Shown here piece after piece: positions 44,845-55,262 of a DNA stretch of 64,000 bases. The position numbers were made by a program, and so were the translations under genes. This DNA is from Epithemia pelagica (taxonomy: Eukaryota > Protista > Bacillariophyta). Position 1 is the stretch's first letter. Every line of letters begins with the position of its first letter. Under the pieces are notes generated by a model. It was not told the origin of the DNA, did not search any database, and worked only from the letters and a program-made list of their open reading frames with translations. The stretch covers positions 2,852,001-2,916,000 of the forward strand of contig OX337232.1 of NCBI GenBank assembly GCA_946965045.2, given 5' to 3'.

Positions 44845-46734
44845 ATTGGGCGGCACGAAATCTTGCGAGACTGTCTTGCCGGTAAGTTGCTGGATCAAAT
44901 TTGCGCTACAGTTGGGTGTTGTTCTAATGTTGTTGTTCTTATGTTGTGTGTTTTACTCGGAACCTTTTCCTCGCCCACAGGTCATGGCCGATGACGGTAG
45001 CGGGCGTGACATTACCATTCCCTCGTTCTTGTTGTACAAAGAAGACGCGGATGCCATCAAGACTGTACTGATGGCCAATCAGACTGTCCGTGTGGCACTG
45101 AACTTCTCCATGCCCTTGCCCCATGACGCTGGAGATCCAGTGAAGTATGAGTTTTGGTCACGGCCATGGGATTCCGAATCGACCGACGTGTTCAACAAGT
45201 TTCGGTTTATCGCCAAGGCATTGGATCAGAACGCCCAGTTTACTCCGCACTTTTCTATTTACAATGGTGTCGCCGCTGGTTGTCGTTCGTCCGACGGAAC
45301 CAACCAATGTGGGACGCTGTGCACCAACGGTGGACGATACTGTGCCACCGAGGTGGACACTGCAGTGGGACACGGTGTTCACGGAGCGGACGTTGTGACG
45401 GAGTCCCTTCGACGCATTTGTCTGTGGTTAGCGTATGGAGAGGAGGACGGCATTGGGTTCAACTGGTGGACCTATATGGAAGAATTCATTCGTCAGTGTC
45501 ACAGTGGAGATGGCACGGACCATGTTTCCTACCCCCAATGTGTCGATGAGGTGTACCACCAAACCGGCATGGACAAGAACAAGATTGACGTTTGTATGCG
45601 TGACTCGGGTGGCCTCGAAACGGACAGGAACAATTCCTTGTTGGATGCACAAATGAGTTTGCAGGAGCAACAAGGAATTGTCCTCGTTCCCACCGCCTTG
45701 GTCAATGGAGCCCCCGTTCGCGGACAATTGAGTTCGGCCAACCTGTTCCAGGCCATTTGCTCGGCGTACACACCCGAAAAAAAGCCAGACGTGTGCAACC
45801 TGTGTGAGGCATGTGCGGACGTGAAGGAATGTGTGATGCAGGATGGAATCTGCCCGTCTCGATGATATACATGAGGTTATAATTCATTTGTGCACCATTC
45901 TACCTAGTTTGATTCTTTGGCGCACCATTGTATCGTTGCTTGGACATGCTTCACGAGTTTTCTTAGTTCGCTTATGACTCGATAGAGAGAAGCAAGGAAC
46001 GCAGCTATATCCCGTAGGTATTATATTATTACGGCATCCATCTTACAAGGTAGGAGTATCTAGGTTGTATGATTCATGAGTCATCAACCTAGACGATGAG
46101 GCCAATCATGCCAGCAACGACCTGGCAATCACTAATCACTCTCAAAGTGTAAGAGAGATCCCTTCCGTAGTCAATGTCCTTCTACCGTAGACAATGCCCG
46201 AAACAATTCAAAACGGCGGGCGTTATTCGAATAAATAGTGTGGACATGCGATCGCTAGCTAGTAGTGGAGTCCTGGAACGACTGGTGCTTCGCGTCGGGA
46301 CATTCCACAACATGTCGTCCTGGTACTTTCAGAGGTATCGTTGCACATTCTGCAGTACAGTCAGCATTGGTAGGAGTTTCGGTGCATCCGATTGGTAGGC
46401 CAATGACGTGGCTATGGTGGATGTTGGAACGAGATTTTTTTGGCCTCCAACATCAACACGACGCAGGATCATCTGTCGGGGGCGGGGTATCTAGGTCTTC
46501 CGAGAATTTTGTGGAGGAGATGAGTGATGAACGCGACCATCCGCTTCAATTCTATATCAATTTGGATCGATACAGACTCTTCTTCAATCAACGCTCTCCT
46601 CTTCTCTGTTACCTCTCCATTCGACACTCCTCTTTTCTATTGCCTGTGTCGGTGTGACAAAAAACCTCGCGAATCTCCAAAGGCACAAAGGAGAATCGTC
46701 GTGTTGCGTGAGAGAGATCGACAGCCAAGAAACC

Positions 46735-49700
46735 ATGGGATCGACCTCTTTTGTTGCTGGACGGCGGCGTTCCAGTGTCGTCCTACCAATACGGCCTGGT
46801 GGGTGGTGCATGGTCGTGTGTGGGATGGTTCAACTACTGGTTGGCGGCATGGGGAGGTGCCAGGCCTTTGTTCCATTGCATCCACAACGACAACAAGAAC
46901 GATCCTCTTTTTGGATTCGTCACGTTTCGACTGCTCCCACCCCCCTGTCCACTCCACCACCGTCCTGGCAGGACGACCTGCTCGAGGACAATGACAAGGA
47001 TGACGACCATGACGACTTGGAACAAGTGTATTGGATTCCCGATACGGAATTGGATCAAGAATTGGCCGAAGTGAGTGCCATGATGGCCGAATTGGAAGCC
47101 TACTTGCAAGAAGAACATGACAGTGACGACCATCATGACGAACCATCCTTCCAATCCACTCCCCAGGATGCGGACAATGACGATTTGATGCAAGCCTATC
47201 AACGCGCCAAATCGTCCTTGGAACTCTTGCAACACATTCGACACGATTTGCATTCCCTCAAGGATTCCTTACAAATGGATGACAATGAGGATGATGATGA
47301 TGGCGACAATGAGGATGAACCCGCCCTTCCCTTTTTCTTGACGGCACCTCCACAAGAAGAGGATACCACAAGTACTCCAACACTGGTGCCGCGTCCCCCC
47401 TTGCAGGCACCGTCTCGATTGGTTCTACGACAAGCGCAATGGGAATCCTCCTACAGTCAAAGCATTGATGCCCATTTGCAATGGCAACACCAAAAACGAC
47501 GACGACAACAACAACAACAACAACAACAAGACCTGACGACGCGAGCTGTCCAGTCACCACCACCAGGACGTCGTTCTCGTCGTTCTTCTTCTTCTTCTTC
47601 TTCTTCTTCTTCTTCCAACCCATTGGCCATTCCTCGTCGCCGGGTGGATTTTAGTAGCAACCGCAAGGCCTTGACCATTCCTCGACCGCGTCCGCCGCAA
47701 CAGCCTCCGTCGCGGGCCGTCTTACGACAAGCCGTGTTGGAATCGTCGTACGTCGAGAATGTCGAAAACCAGGACTGGTGGAGGCAGCATGTCCAGCGAC
47801 AACAAGAACGACTCGAAGAACAAGAACTAGAACCAGAACAACAAGACGAGGAGGAGACTGTGACGACGACACGTGTCGCATCTCGGGACGATATGGCCAC
47901 CACACCACCCATGATCCCATCAGACAAGAAAAAGAAGAATCCCGATACACGGGTCCGCAAAGCCGTCTTGCTCGATTCCGATGCATTGGCGGGCGATTCG
48001 ACCAAGAAGGAGGAGGATCCCCGCCGTGTCACCATGTTGCCCGGTTTTCGCAAACCACCCACGGTCCAAACCTTGTGGAGTGAAGGAACCACCACAACCA
48101 CAACAACTCCACGACCCATTCAACGACGCACGACCAGTACCACCACGATTCCCAACCAGGCATGGACCCGGCAACCACCCATTCGGAGGACGACCACCCC
48201 CACGGCACGCCCCGTCCCAACCGTCGTGACACAACAACAACAACAACAAACACCAGAGCGACAACCACAACAAACACCAGAACAACCACAAGTACCATCC
48301 CCAATCACGGCCCGTCGTAGCCCACCACAATCCCCACCACCACGACCGTTTCGGTCCGCCACAACCACAACAACGACAATACGGCGACCCAAACAATGGG
48401 CGCAACTCCAATCCCATGTCGCACAACTCCAACAACAACAAGAACAACCAGAAACAGCGTCGTCCGTTCCTACGTGGCACGTTGGCAATTCCCAAACACC
48501 ACAACAGCCACCACCACAGCCGTCTCTGGAGGAGACTCCAACAACACCAAAAATGACAAGGTCTACGAAACAATCGTTTCCAACAACACCCACGACTGCA
48601 CAACCACAATCACCGCCACCGACGGCGCCCTTTGGTCATTCCGTCGTTCGATCATCCTCCTCCACCCAAACGACGACGGCACGTTCCAAAACCACAACGG
48701 CTGCTGCTGCCGCCTTGGATCCCCAGGATCATGCATCTTCAATCCACCCCTCTCCCTTTCATCAACCCATTGGATCTCTCTCGGGGAATCCAACCAAACC
48801 AACCAGGACGACACCAACGACAAGGTTTAGATCTCCTTCCACGCCGACAACGACGACACAACCAACGACAACTCAAACAACCTCCATGACACGCAAGGTG
48901 GTCGGTGGAGCCTTTGTCCGAGAACGGCCACCCTTTTCCATGGCTCCTCGTCCCCAACAATTGGTACGAGATCCGCAACAACCCTTGACAAAATCCTCAT
49001 CCTTTGTATCAGCATCGTCTCCGTCGTCGTCCTCGTCGGTGAGCCGTCCGACTACGACTACGACCACCCAATCGGCCCCCAGCCGCCGGGCTCCCGACAC
49101 GAGCCATGCACAGAATACCAGTGTCTTGTGGACCCAACGGCATACCACGCCAGCCATGGAGGTGGACCAGCATGCCGTGAGACAAAGTCCGTCGTTGGTC
49201 AATCGGTTGCACCATCATCCCACCATTAGTCGTACGACGGCGGCCCACCAACGACGGCGTCAACAACAACAACAACAACAAGACCAAGAACTTCGACCAC
49301 ACCTTTTAGGAGATCCGCCCATTCCCGTCTCGGTCCAAGCCGAATCGCAAAAGACACTCCGATTCACCACGGCACAGATAGGCCGGGTCGGACTCTCGTT
49401 GCGGAATTTACAAGGCCGACCGGTTCATGCCCTGGTCCGGCTCTTGCAAGGTCCGGAGGATTGTCCCCAATACATTTCCGTCTACAGTGAAGATGGGGGA
49501 AGACATCCCTTTACCGCCATTTTGGAAACACCCGGCGACAACAATTCCCTTTGCATTTGCAACACTGGCCCTTCCCTGTCGTTTCCCCTGACGGGAACCG
49601 TCACTGCGGAATTGGAAGACGAATCCACACTCAATGCTCCTATGAGTACTACTACGACTTCCGAGGACAAGCACCCCAAACCGCCCTTGTTTTCGGTTCT

Positions 49701-50127
49701 GGATCGATTGGCGCAGTCCCCCACGGCGGCGCAACAAATGATTCAAGGAGGTGCCAGTCGTACCTTTGGATTGGATCAGGATGCCACTCGGGCTGAAATT
49801 ATGCTCACCACCAGTGGTCGGAGTCTCAATGCCGTCGTCGAGATTCTCTATGGACCGGACAATACCAAACAAGTCATGGAGGTTTATTCCGACAATGGCA
49901 CGGTGCGACCCTTGTTTGTGTCCATTGAAACGCCCCACGGAGGGTCGCTCATCAAGGTCCTGAACAAGGCACCCATTGCCTTTCCACTCACGGCCAGTGT
50001 CGAGGCCTTTTCCTCCTCCACGTCTTTTTCTCCAAGCAGTAGTACGCAACCAACGAGCAGCAGTAGGCGCCAATCTCAAAAGTCATTTACACGTGACTTT
50101 GAATTCTCGTCCTTTTCCACCCCGTGA
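46735..50127 (+). CDS. Gene E: plastid-targeted low-complexity protein with a C-terminal duplicated beta-rich domain of unknown function
   Basis: ORF open from 46654, likely start 46735. Leader RCQA|FVPL. Two C-terminal repeats of GRx[VL]xAx[VL]x[LI]LxGPxxxxQxxxVYSxxGxxxPxxxx[LI]ETPxxxxx[LI]x[IV]xNxxPxxFPLTxxV. One PKQWAQLQ motif. Confidence 0.7.
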   Translation: MGSTSFVAGRRRSSVVLPIRPGGWCMVVCGMVQLLVGGMGRCQAFVPLHPQRQQERSSFWIRHVSTAPTPLSTPPPSWQDDLLEDNDKDDDHDDLEQVYWIPDTELDQELAEVSAMMAELEAYLQEEHDSDDHHDEPSFQSTPQDADNDDLMQAYQRAKSSLELLQHIRHDLHSLKDSLQMDDNEDDDDGDNEDEPALPFFLTAPPQEEDTTSTPTLVPRPPLQAPSRLVLRQAQWESSYSQSIDAHLQWQHQKRRRQQQQQQQQDLTTRAVQSPPPGRRSRRSSSSSSSSSSSNPLAIPRRRVDFSSNRKALTIPRPRPPQQPPSRAVLRQAVLESSYVENVENQDWWRQHVQRQQERLEEQELEPEQQDEEETVTTTRVASRDDMATTPPMIPSDKKKKNPDTRVRKAVLLDSDALAGDSTKKEEDPRRVTMLPGFRKPPTVQTLWSEGTTTTTTTPRPIQRRTTSTTTIPNQAWTRQPPIRRTTTPTARPVPTVVTQQQQQQTPERQPQQTPEQPQVPSPITARRSPPQSPPPRPFRSATTTTTTIRRPKQWAQLQSHVAQLQQQQEQPETASSVPTWHVGNSQTPQQPPPQPSLEETPTTPKMTRSTKQSFPTTPTTAQPQSPPPTAPFGHSVVRSSSSTQTTTARSKTTTAAAAALDPQDHASSIHPSPFHQPIGSLSGNPTKPTRTTPTTRFRSPSTPTTTTQPTTTQTTSMTRKVVGGAFVRERPPFSMAPRPQQLVRDPQQPLTKSSSFVSASSPSSSSSVSRPTTTTTTQSAPSRRAPDTSHAQNTSVLWTQRHTTPAMEVDQHAVRQSPSLVNRLHHHPTISRTTAAHQRRRQQQQQQQDQELRPHLLGDPPIPVSVQAESQKTLRFTTAQIGRVGLSLRNLQGRPVHALVRLLQGPEDCPQYISVYSEDGGRHPFTAILETPGDNNSLCICNTGPSLSFPLTGTVTAELEDESTLNAPMSTTTTSEDKHPKPPLFSVLDRLAQSPTAAQQMIQGGASRTFGLDQDATRAEIMLTTSGRSLNAVVEILYGPDNTKQVMEVYSDNGTVRPLFVSIETPHGGSLIKVLNKAPIAFPLTASVEAFSSSTSFSPSSSTQPTSSSRRQSQKSFTRDFEFSSFSTP

Positions 50128-50890
50128 AACTCGAGAGCGGGAAGTACGCGATGAAACTCATTGACACGATTGCCTTTTTCCCGGCGTGTGAGGGTGAGTA
50201 TGACCTGGATCCAACGTTGGATGGTCCACTCCACTTTCGTTTTCTTGTTTTGGAACACAAGGAGCCAGTATCCACACGATAAATCTCTGAAGGCTATTGG
50301 TTCGTGCGAGTCATTTCCTTGCTTGTGGCATGTTGCTGGAACGCACCTTGATCCTCGGTCTGTCGCATCCCTTTTCCCTAGGTGAATCCACATGCATCAT
50401 GTGCCTAGTCTCACGATAGCAATCCTCAACACCTCGCTCATTGTGAAAGTGCATCTGGATCTTGATCGTTCGGTGCCGCACTCCTTTCTTTCCAGGCATA
50501 TTCTAAAAATTGGATTCTTGCGCCCGCCGTTTTGTATTGTTTCGGGCGTCTCCTTTTGGGCTTTAGTGTCTACGGTGGAAGCAATGGGAACTGGGCATTG
50601 ACTGCGGAAGGTAGCGCTCTTACGCTTCGAGAGTGATTGCCAGAGGTCGTTGCTGGGATGATTGGCCTCATTTTCTCGGTTGATGACTCATGAATCATAC
50701 AACCTCGATACCTAGTAAGATTGATGCCGTAATAATATAATATCTATGGGACATTAGCTGCGTTCCTTGCTTTTCTATCGAGTCATGCGAGAAATAACAA
50801 CTCGTGAAGCATGTCCAAGAAACGATACAATGGTGCGCAAACGAATCAAACTAGAATGGTGCACAAATGAATTATAACCTCAAGTATATA

Positions 50891-51770
50891 TCAGCGAGAC
50901 GGGCAAATTCCATCCCGCATGACGCACTCCTTCACGTCCGCACATGCCTCACACAGGTTGCACACATCTGGCTTTTTTTCGGGTGTGTACGCCGAGCAAA
51001 TGGCCTGGAACAGGTTGGCCGAACTCAATTGTCCGCGATCGGGGGCTCCATTGACCAAGGCGGTGGGAACCAGGACAATTCCTTGTTGTTCCTGCAACCT
51101 CATTTGTGCATCCAACAACGAATTGTTCATGTCCGTTTCGAGGCCACCCGAGTCCCAGTCAATCGTTTTCTTGTCCATGCCTGTTTGGTGGTACACCTCG
51201 TCCACACACTGGGGGTAGGAACCATGGTCCGTGCCATGTCCACGGTGACACTGACGAATAAAGTCTTCCATATACGTCCACCAGTTGAACCCAATGCCGT
51301 CCTCCTTTCCATACGCCAACCACAGACAAATGCGTCAAAGGGATTCCTTCACAACGTCCGCTTCGTCAACCCCCTGTCCCACTGCCGTATCCACCTCGGT
51401 GGCACAGTAACGTCCACCGTTGGTGCAAAGCGTTCCACAGTGGTTGGTTCCATCGGACGAATGACATTCCGCGTCGACACCATTGTAAATAGAAATGTGC
51501 GGAGTAAACTGGGCGTTCGGATCCAATGCCTGGGCGATAAACCCAAACTTGTGGAACACGTCGGTCGAATCGGAATCCCACGGCCGTGACCAAAACTCAT
51601 ACTACTCCACTGCATCTCCTTCGTCATGGGGCACGGGCATGGAGAATGTCAGTCCCACACGGACAGTCGGATTGGCCATCAGTACATTGGTCATGGCATC
51701 CGCGTCTTGTTGGTACAACAACAACAACGAGGGAATGGTGAGTGTCATGGTGGTGGTCGTGGTCGGCCAG
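50891..51770 (-). pseudogene. Inverted partial duplicate of VSR exon 3 (pseudogene)
   Basis: Closely matches 44981-45865. It has an in-frame stop (DAVE*YEF), a frameshift after VVKESL and a short deletion (KIDVCMRDSGG becomes TIDWDSGG). The 3' flank is also duplicated (about 50521-50890 versus 45866-46222). Confidence 0.88.
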
Positions 51771-53294
51771 AGGCACCCTTGCCAAACAACAACTGGACGG
51801 AACGAACCCACCACGGTGAGCGCGACACTCTACTGGAATACAGTCGGACGGTGCTGTTGGTCGTTCCATACTCCATTCATCATTCCAGGGGCTGGTATGT
51901 ATGTAGGGCGAGCAAGACTTTGAAACCGACCGACCGCCATGCAAACCAACCACACCCAGGGAACAACCAGAGTCGTCGTCTCCTCCCTTGTCAAGTCTTA
52001 TTTGTCACACACAAGGCTTTGGCAAGTCAAAAGACTCCACCAATAACACTAATGGTTTCGTATCAAGCCTCCACCCGCAACGATTGCCATGGGCACAATC
52101 CAACCGAACAATAAGGGTCCTTCCTCCAGACTGTGCTGGTATCGATACGTGCCATCCATCGAACAAGATTAAACTGTCGAGTATTGACAGTCCGAGACGG
52201 ATGCAACCGTACAGGATCCGTCTTGTCCGGTCCATACTCGACAGTTTACTGTCGTCCAACAGAGGTGTCTCGAGATTGGTTGTCCAAGAAACAAAAAGAA
52301 TCCTGCCTGTCCCTCCGTTCCATACCATTGTCCTCCCAACGACGATCAAGCCCCCCCGTCTAGCTAGCTTGTTTTGGGGCAGTGTCTCTTGATTGGTTCC
52401 TGGAATCACTCATGGCTGGTTTACACACCGCACACACATACAACACACACCCACTGGCAAGAAAGCAATCCATCCTGCGAGGAAGAAAGGACAAGGAACA
52501 CTCTGCGTCGTCGTGGTCGCCACAAAGAGATGTATTCTCGTCGAGGACGTTGTCCTTGTTGTTGTTGTTGTTGTTGTTGTTGGGAATCCTCATTGGTGTC
52601 CGTCGTCGTCGTCCTTGTGTGGGCTGGTTGTCGAATGCACGGCGGATCCGAGAATACAACTGAGCGGTATTGGGTCCATTTTTTTATAGATTGATCAACT
52701 AAATTAATGGGTGAATGTACGCCGGGAGTAACTTCCCGGTGGATTTTTTCCCAGATGGATTTGGGGGATGTCTCGTTCCATAGTGCTCGTATTGTAGCCG
52801 TATTGTACTCTATGCAGTTTTGTCACCTCGCGTGCAGTCGCTCTTAAAATAAGATTGGAGTCCCACATGGGCACCACCACCACCAATAAGATGACTCGTA
52901 GCTGGATTCTTATTCTACTCGTACTGGTTACTCGTACTCGTACTGGTACTCGTATGTTGTACTCTTATTGGCAATTGGCACGGATATACGACCACGTACC
53001 CATGGCTGCTGGGTGGGGTTGGGAGTTGGGAATTTGCGGCATGCACCCCTTGCTCGGCAAGAGTTGGGCCTTCTTCGTATCTTTCTGTGGTGGCCGAGAT
53101 TGGCATGCTGTGTGCTGTGGTTCCGAACTTGTCGGGTCGTCGATTCGACGAACCTGAAAGATACACACACAGTCAACGTTTGTTTTTCTTTGAAACCAAC
53201 AACGCGCTTTCCAGCGAAACTCATAAAAAAAGAAAACACTCTGGATATCCAGTCTCTAACATTCATTGATTCGAATCATTCTTCTCCGTTCACC

Positions 53295-55262
53295 ATGACA
53301 TTGTCCTCCAAGACCTCTTCTTCTTCTGCTTCTGCTTCGTCGTCGTCGTCGACTCCGAAATCTCGCGTCCTGGTGGTGGGCGCCGGTCCTTCCGGCTTGT
53401 GTGCCGTCAAGGAGTTAAGGGAGGTGGGCATTGATGCCATGGCGGTCGATCCCCGGATCGAAATTGGTGGTGTCTTTTCGCCCAATTCCAATGTCACGTT
53501 TGAAAACTTGTACTTGACCACGTCCAACATGTTTATGGCTTATTCCGATTTTCCCCCGAGTGATACCGGCATCAAGTATTGGTCCAAGCAAGAATATTAC
53601 GATTACATGGTCGATTATGCCAAGCATTTTGATTTGTATCCCCACATTCAATTGCAAACGGCCGTTCACGAAGCTCACTTGGATGACGACAAAAAGTGGC
53701 AAGTCACCCTGACGCCCGTCACGACCGATGCCCACGGCAAGACGATTGACGTCTTGACCGACAAGGCCACGCAGCATGTGTTTGATTACTTGGTGGTGGC
53801 CACGGGTGCCAATCAAAAACCCTTGGTGCCGCCCATTTTTGGTGGCTTTACGGGTGAAATTATTCATTCGTCCGAATACCATTCCGGCAAGCAAGTGACG
53901 GGCAAACGAGTCTTGGTGGTGGGCACGGGCGAATCGGCGTCCGATGTCGCCCATTCGTCGGGCAAGGAAGCCAAGCATGTCACGGTGTGGGGTCGTCATT
54001 ATCCCAGCATGGCGCCGCGGTTCAATCGCGATTACATTTTTGACCACAATGTCGATGAATTGGAACATTTGCATCATCAAGAAAATTTGTTGCCCAACAA
54101 TGTCTTGGAAACCATGGCCACGTCCCGCATTGTCCGCAACTTGCCGTTGGGCGTGTGGTCGACGTGTTTGCACATGTTGCTGGAAGATGTGGCGCACCAA
54201 CATGGCGACCATTCGGCTCAAAAGGTGTTGCACGATTTGGACGTGACGAGTTATGTGGCCGATGTCTCGAGCAGTGATACCGCCACGGTGCCCACCAAAT
54301 CCATGATTATGGCCGTGGCCGCGGCACGGGGCGAAATTGACATTGCCGTGGCACCCCGCATTAGTTGTCAAGGCAATCAAATTACCTTTCATGAACCAAG
54401 TTATCATGGCAATGACTTTACCAAAACGAAGGACGATCTTACCATTGAGGTCGATGTCATTGTGGCCTGTACCGGATACGGTATGGATTGGAGTTGGTTG
54501 AATACACCGCAGGGGCATATTTTGCCGCGTCCCCGGACCTGGTTCAAGCATTGCTTTCCCCCGAACCTCGGCAACCACGTGGCCTTTTTGGGCTACGCCC
54601 GGCCTCATTCGGGGGGCATTCCGCAATGTTCGGAAATTTTGGCCCGGTACATTGCTCAATTGCGGATTGGGGCGAAACAATTGCCGGAGAATTATGCCGA
54701 AATTGCCTTGCAAGATGGCGGCTGCGAAAGTGAATGTTTTCACTTGTCGGCCAACAATTCCCTCGTGGTGGATTACTTGGCCTTTATGCTGTCCGTCGCA
54801 CGCTTGATTGGCTGTACGCCTCGCATGCCGACCAATCCGGTCCAAATTGTCAAGCATTGGACCTTTCCCTTGTGGCCCTGCTTTTTTCGCACCCAAGGTC
54901 CGGGCAAAAATGTCCAAGCCTGTGAAGCTGTCCTCAACAAGTTTGGTCCCTACGATGCCTTGGCACCCATGCCATTCTTGTTGATTGAAGTCGTTTTTAG
55001 TTTTTGCATGCCCGTCGTCAATGCCGTTTCCTATGTCATGAATTCCGTCTTGGACCTGGGCAAGAAAACAACGCTGCCCCGGGGATACAAGTGGCGCATG
55101 TCCAAATCCTACTTTTTGTATTCCGAATTGGGTGTCATTGGATGGGAAGATGTCAAGTTTGGGTTCGGACAAGTCGTGGCGGCCGGAATGGTCTTGCAAC
55201 ACATGGTGTGGGATGGCTTTTTCAAAAAATCCAAAACCGACAGTCATTTTGAACAAATTTAG
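53295..55262 (+). CDS. Flavin-containing monooxygenase (FMO family)
   Basis: FAD motif VVGAGPSG, FMO fingerprint FTGEIIHSSEY, NADPH motif VVGTGESA, DVIVACTGY, AFLGYARP. ORF open from 52968; likely start 53295. Confidence 0.88.
   Translation: MTLSSKTSSSSASASSSSSTPKSRVLVVGAGPSGLCAVKELREVGIDAMAVDPRIEIGGVFSPNSNVTFENLYLTTSNMFMAYSDFPPSDTGIKYWSKQEYYDYMVDYAKHFDLYPHIQLQTAVHEAHLDDDKKWQVTLTPVTTDAHGKTIDVLTDKATQHVFDYLVVATGANQKPLVPPIFGGFTGEIIHSSEYHSGKQVTGKRVLVVGTGESASDVAHSSGKEAKHVTVWGRHYPSMAPRFNRDYIFDHNVDELEHLHHQENLLPNNVLETMATSRIVRNLPLGVWSTCLHMLLEDVAHQHGDHSAQKVLHDLDVTSYVADVSSSDTATVPTKSMIMAVAAARGEIDIAVAPRISCQGNQITFHEPSYHGNDFTKTKDDLTIEVDVIVACTGYGMDWSWLNTPQGHILPRPRTWFKHCFPPNLGNHVAFLGYARPHSGGIPQCSEILARYIAQLRIGAKQLPENYAEIALQDGGCESECFHLSANNSLVVDYLAFMLSVARLIGCTPRMPTNPVQIVKHWTFPLWPCFFRTQGPGKNVQACEAVLNKFGPYDALAPMPFLLIEVVFSFCMPVVNAVSYVMNSVLDLGKKTTLPRGYKWRMSKSYFLYSELGVIGWEDVKFGFGQVVAAGMVLQHMVWDGFFKKSKTDSHFEQI

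Larger units (their letters stand above)
37895..45865 (+). pseudogene. Vacuolar sorting receptor-like (PA-domain) gene disrupted by a copia insertion; lumenal domain only
   Basis: Exon 1 37895-37978, intron to 38123, exon 2 38124-38442 plus 44850-44881 (in frame once the element and one TSD are removed: TQPL-GGTKSCETVLP), intron 44882-44980, exon 3 44981-45865. Motifs ALFGMPPYGGS, LMVDRGGRCSFVHKVRRAQ.FGASAVLIAD, MADDGSG.DITIPS, CTNGGRYC. Confidence 0.85.

Noticed and set aside
51780-52400. Possible degraded coding fragment next to the VSR pseudogene
   Set aside because: Multiple stops, no homology to VSR exon 2 seen and no recognisable domain.
52916-52954. (TACTCG/TACTGG)n, plus (GTT)n at about 52556, (CT)n at about 31491 and (TTC)n at about 47583
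   Set aside because: Ordinary microsatellites; nothing beyond simple slippage.
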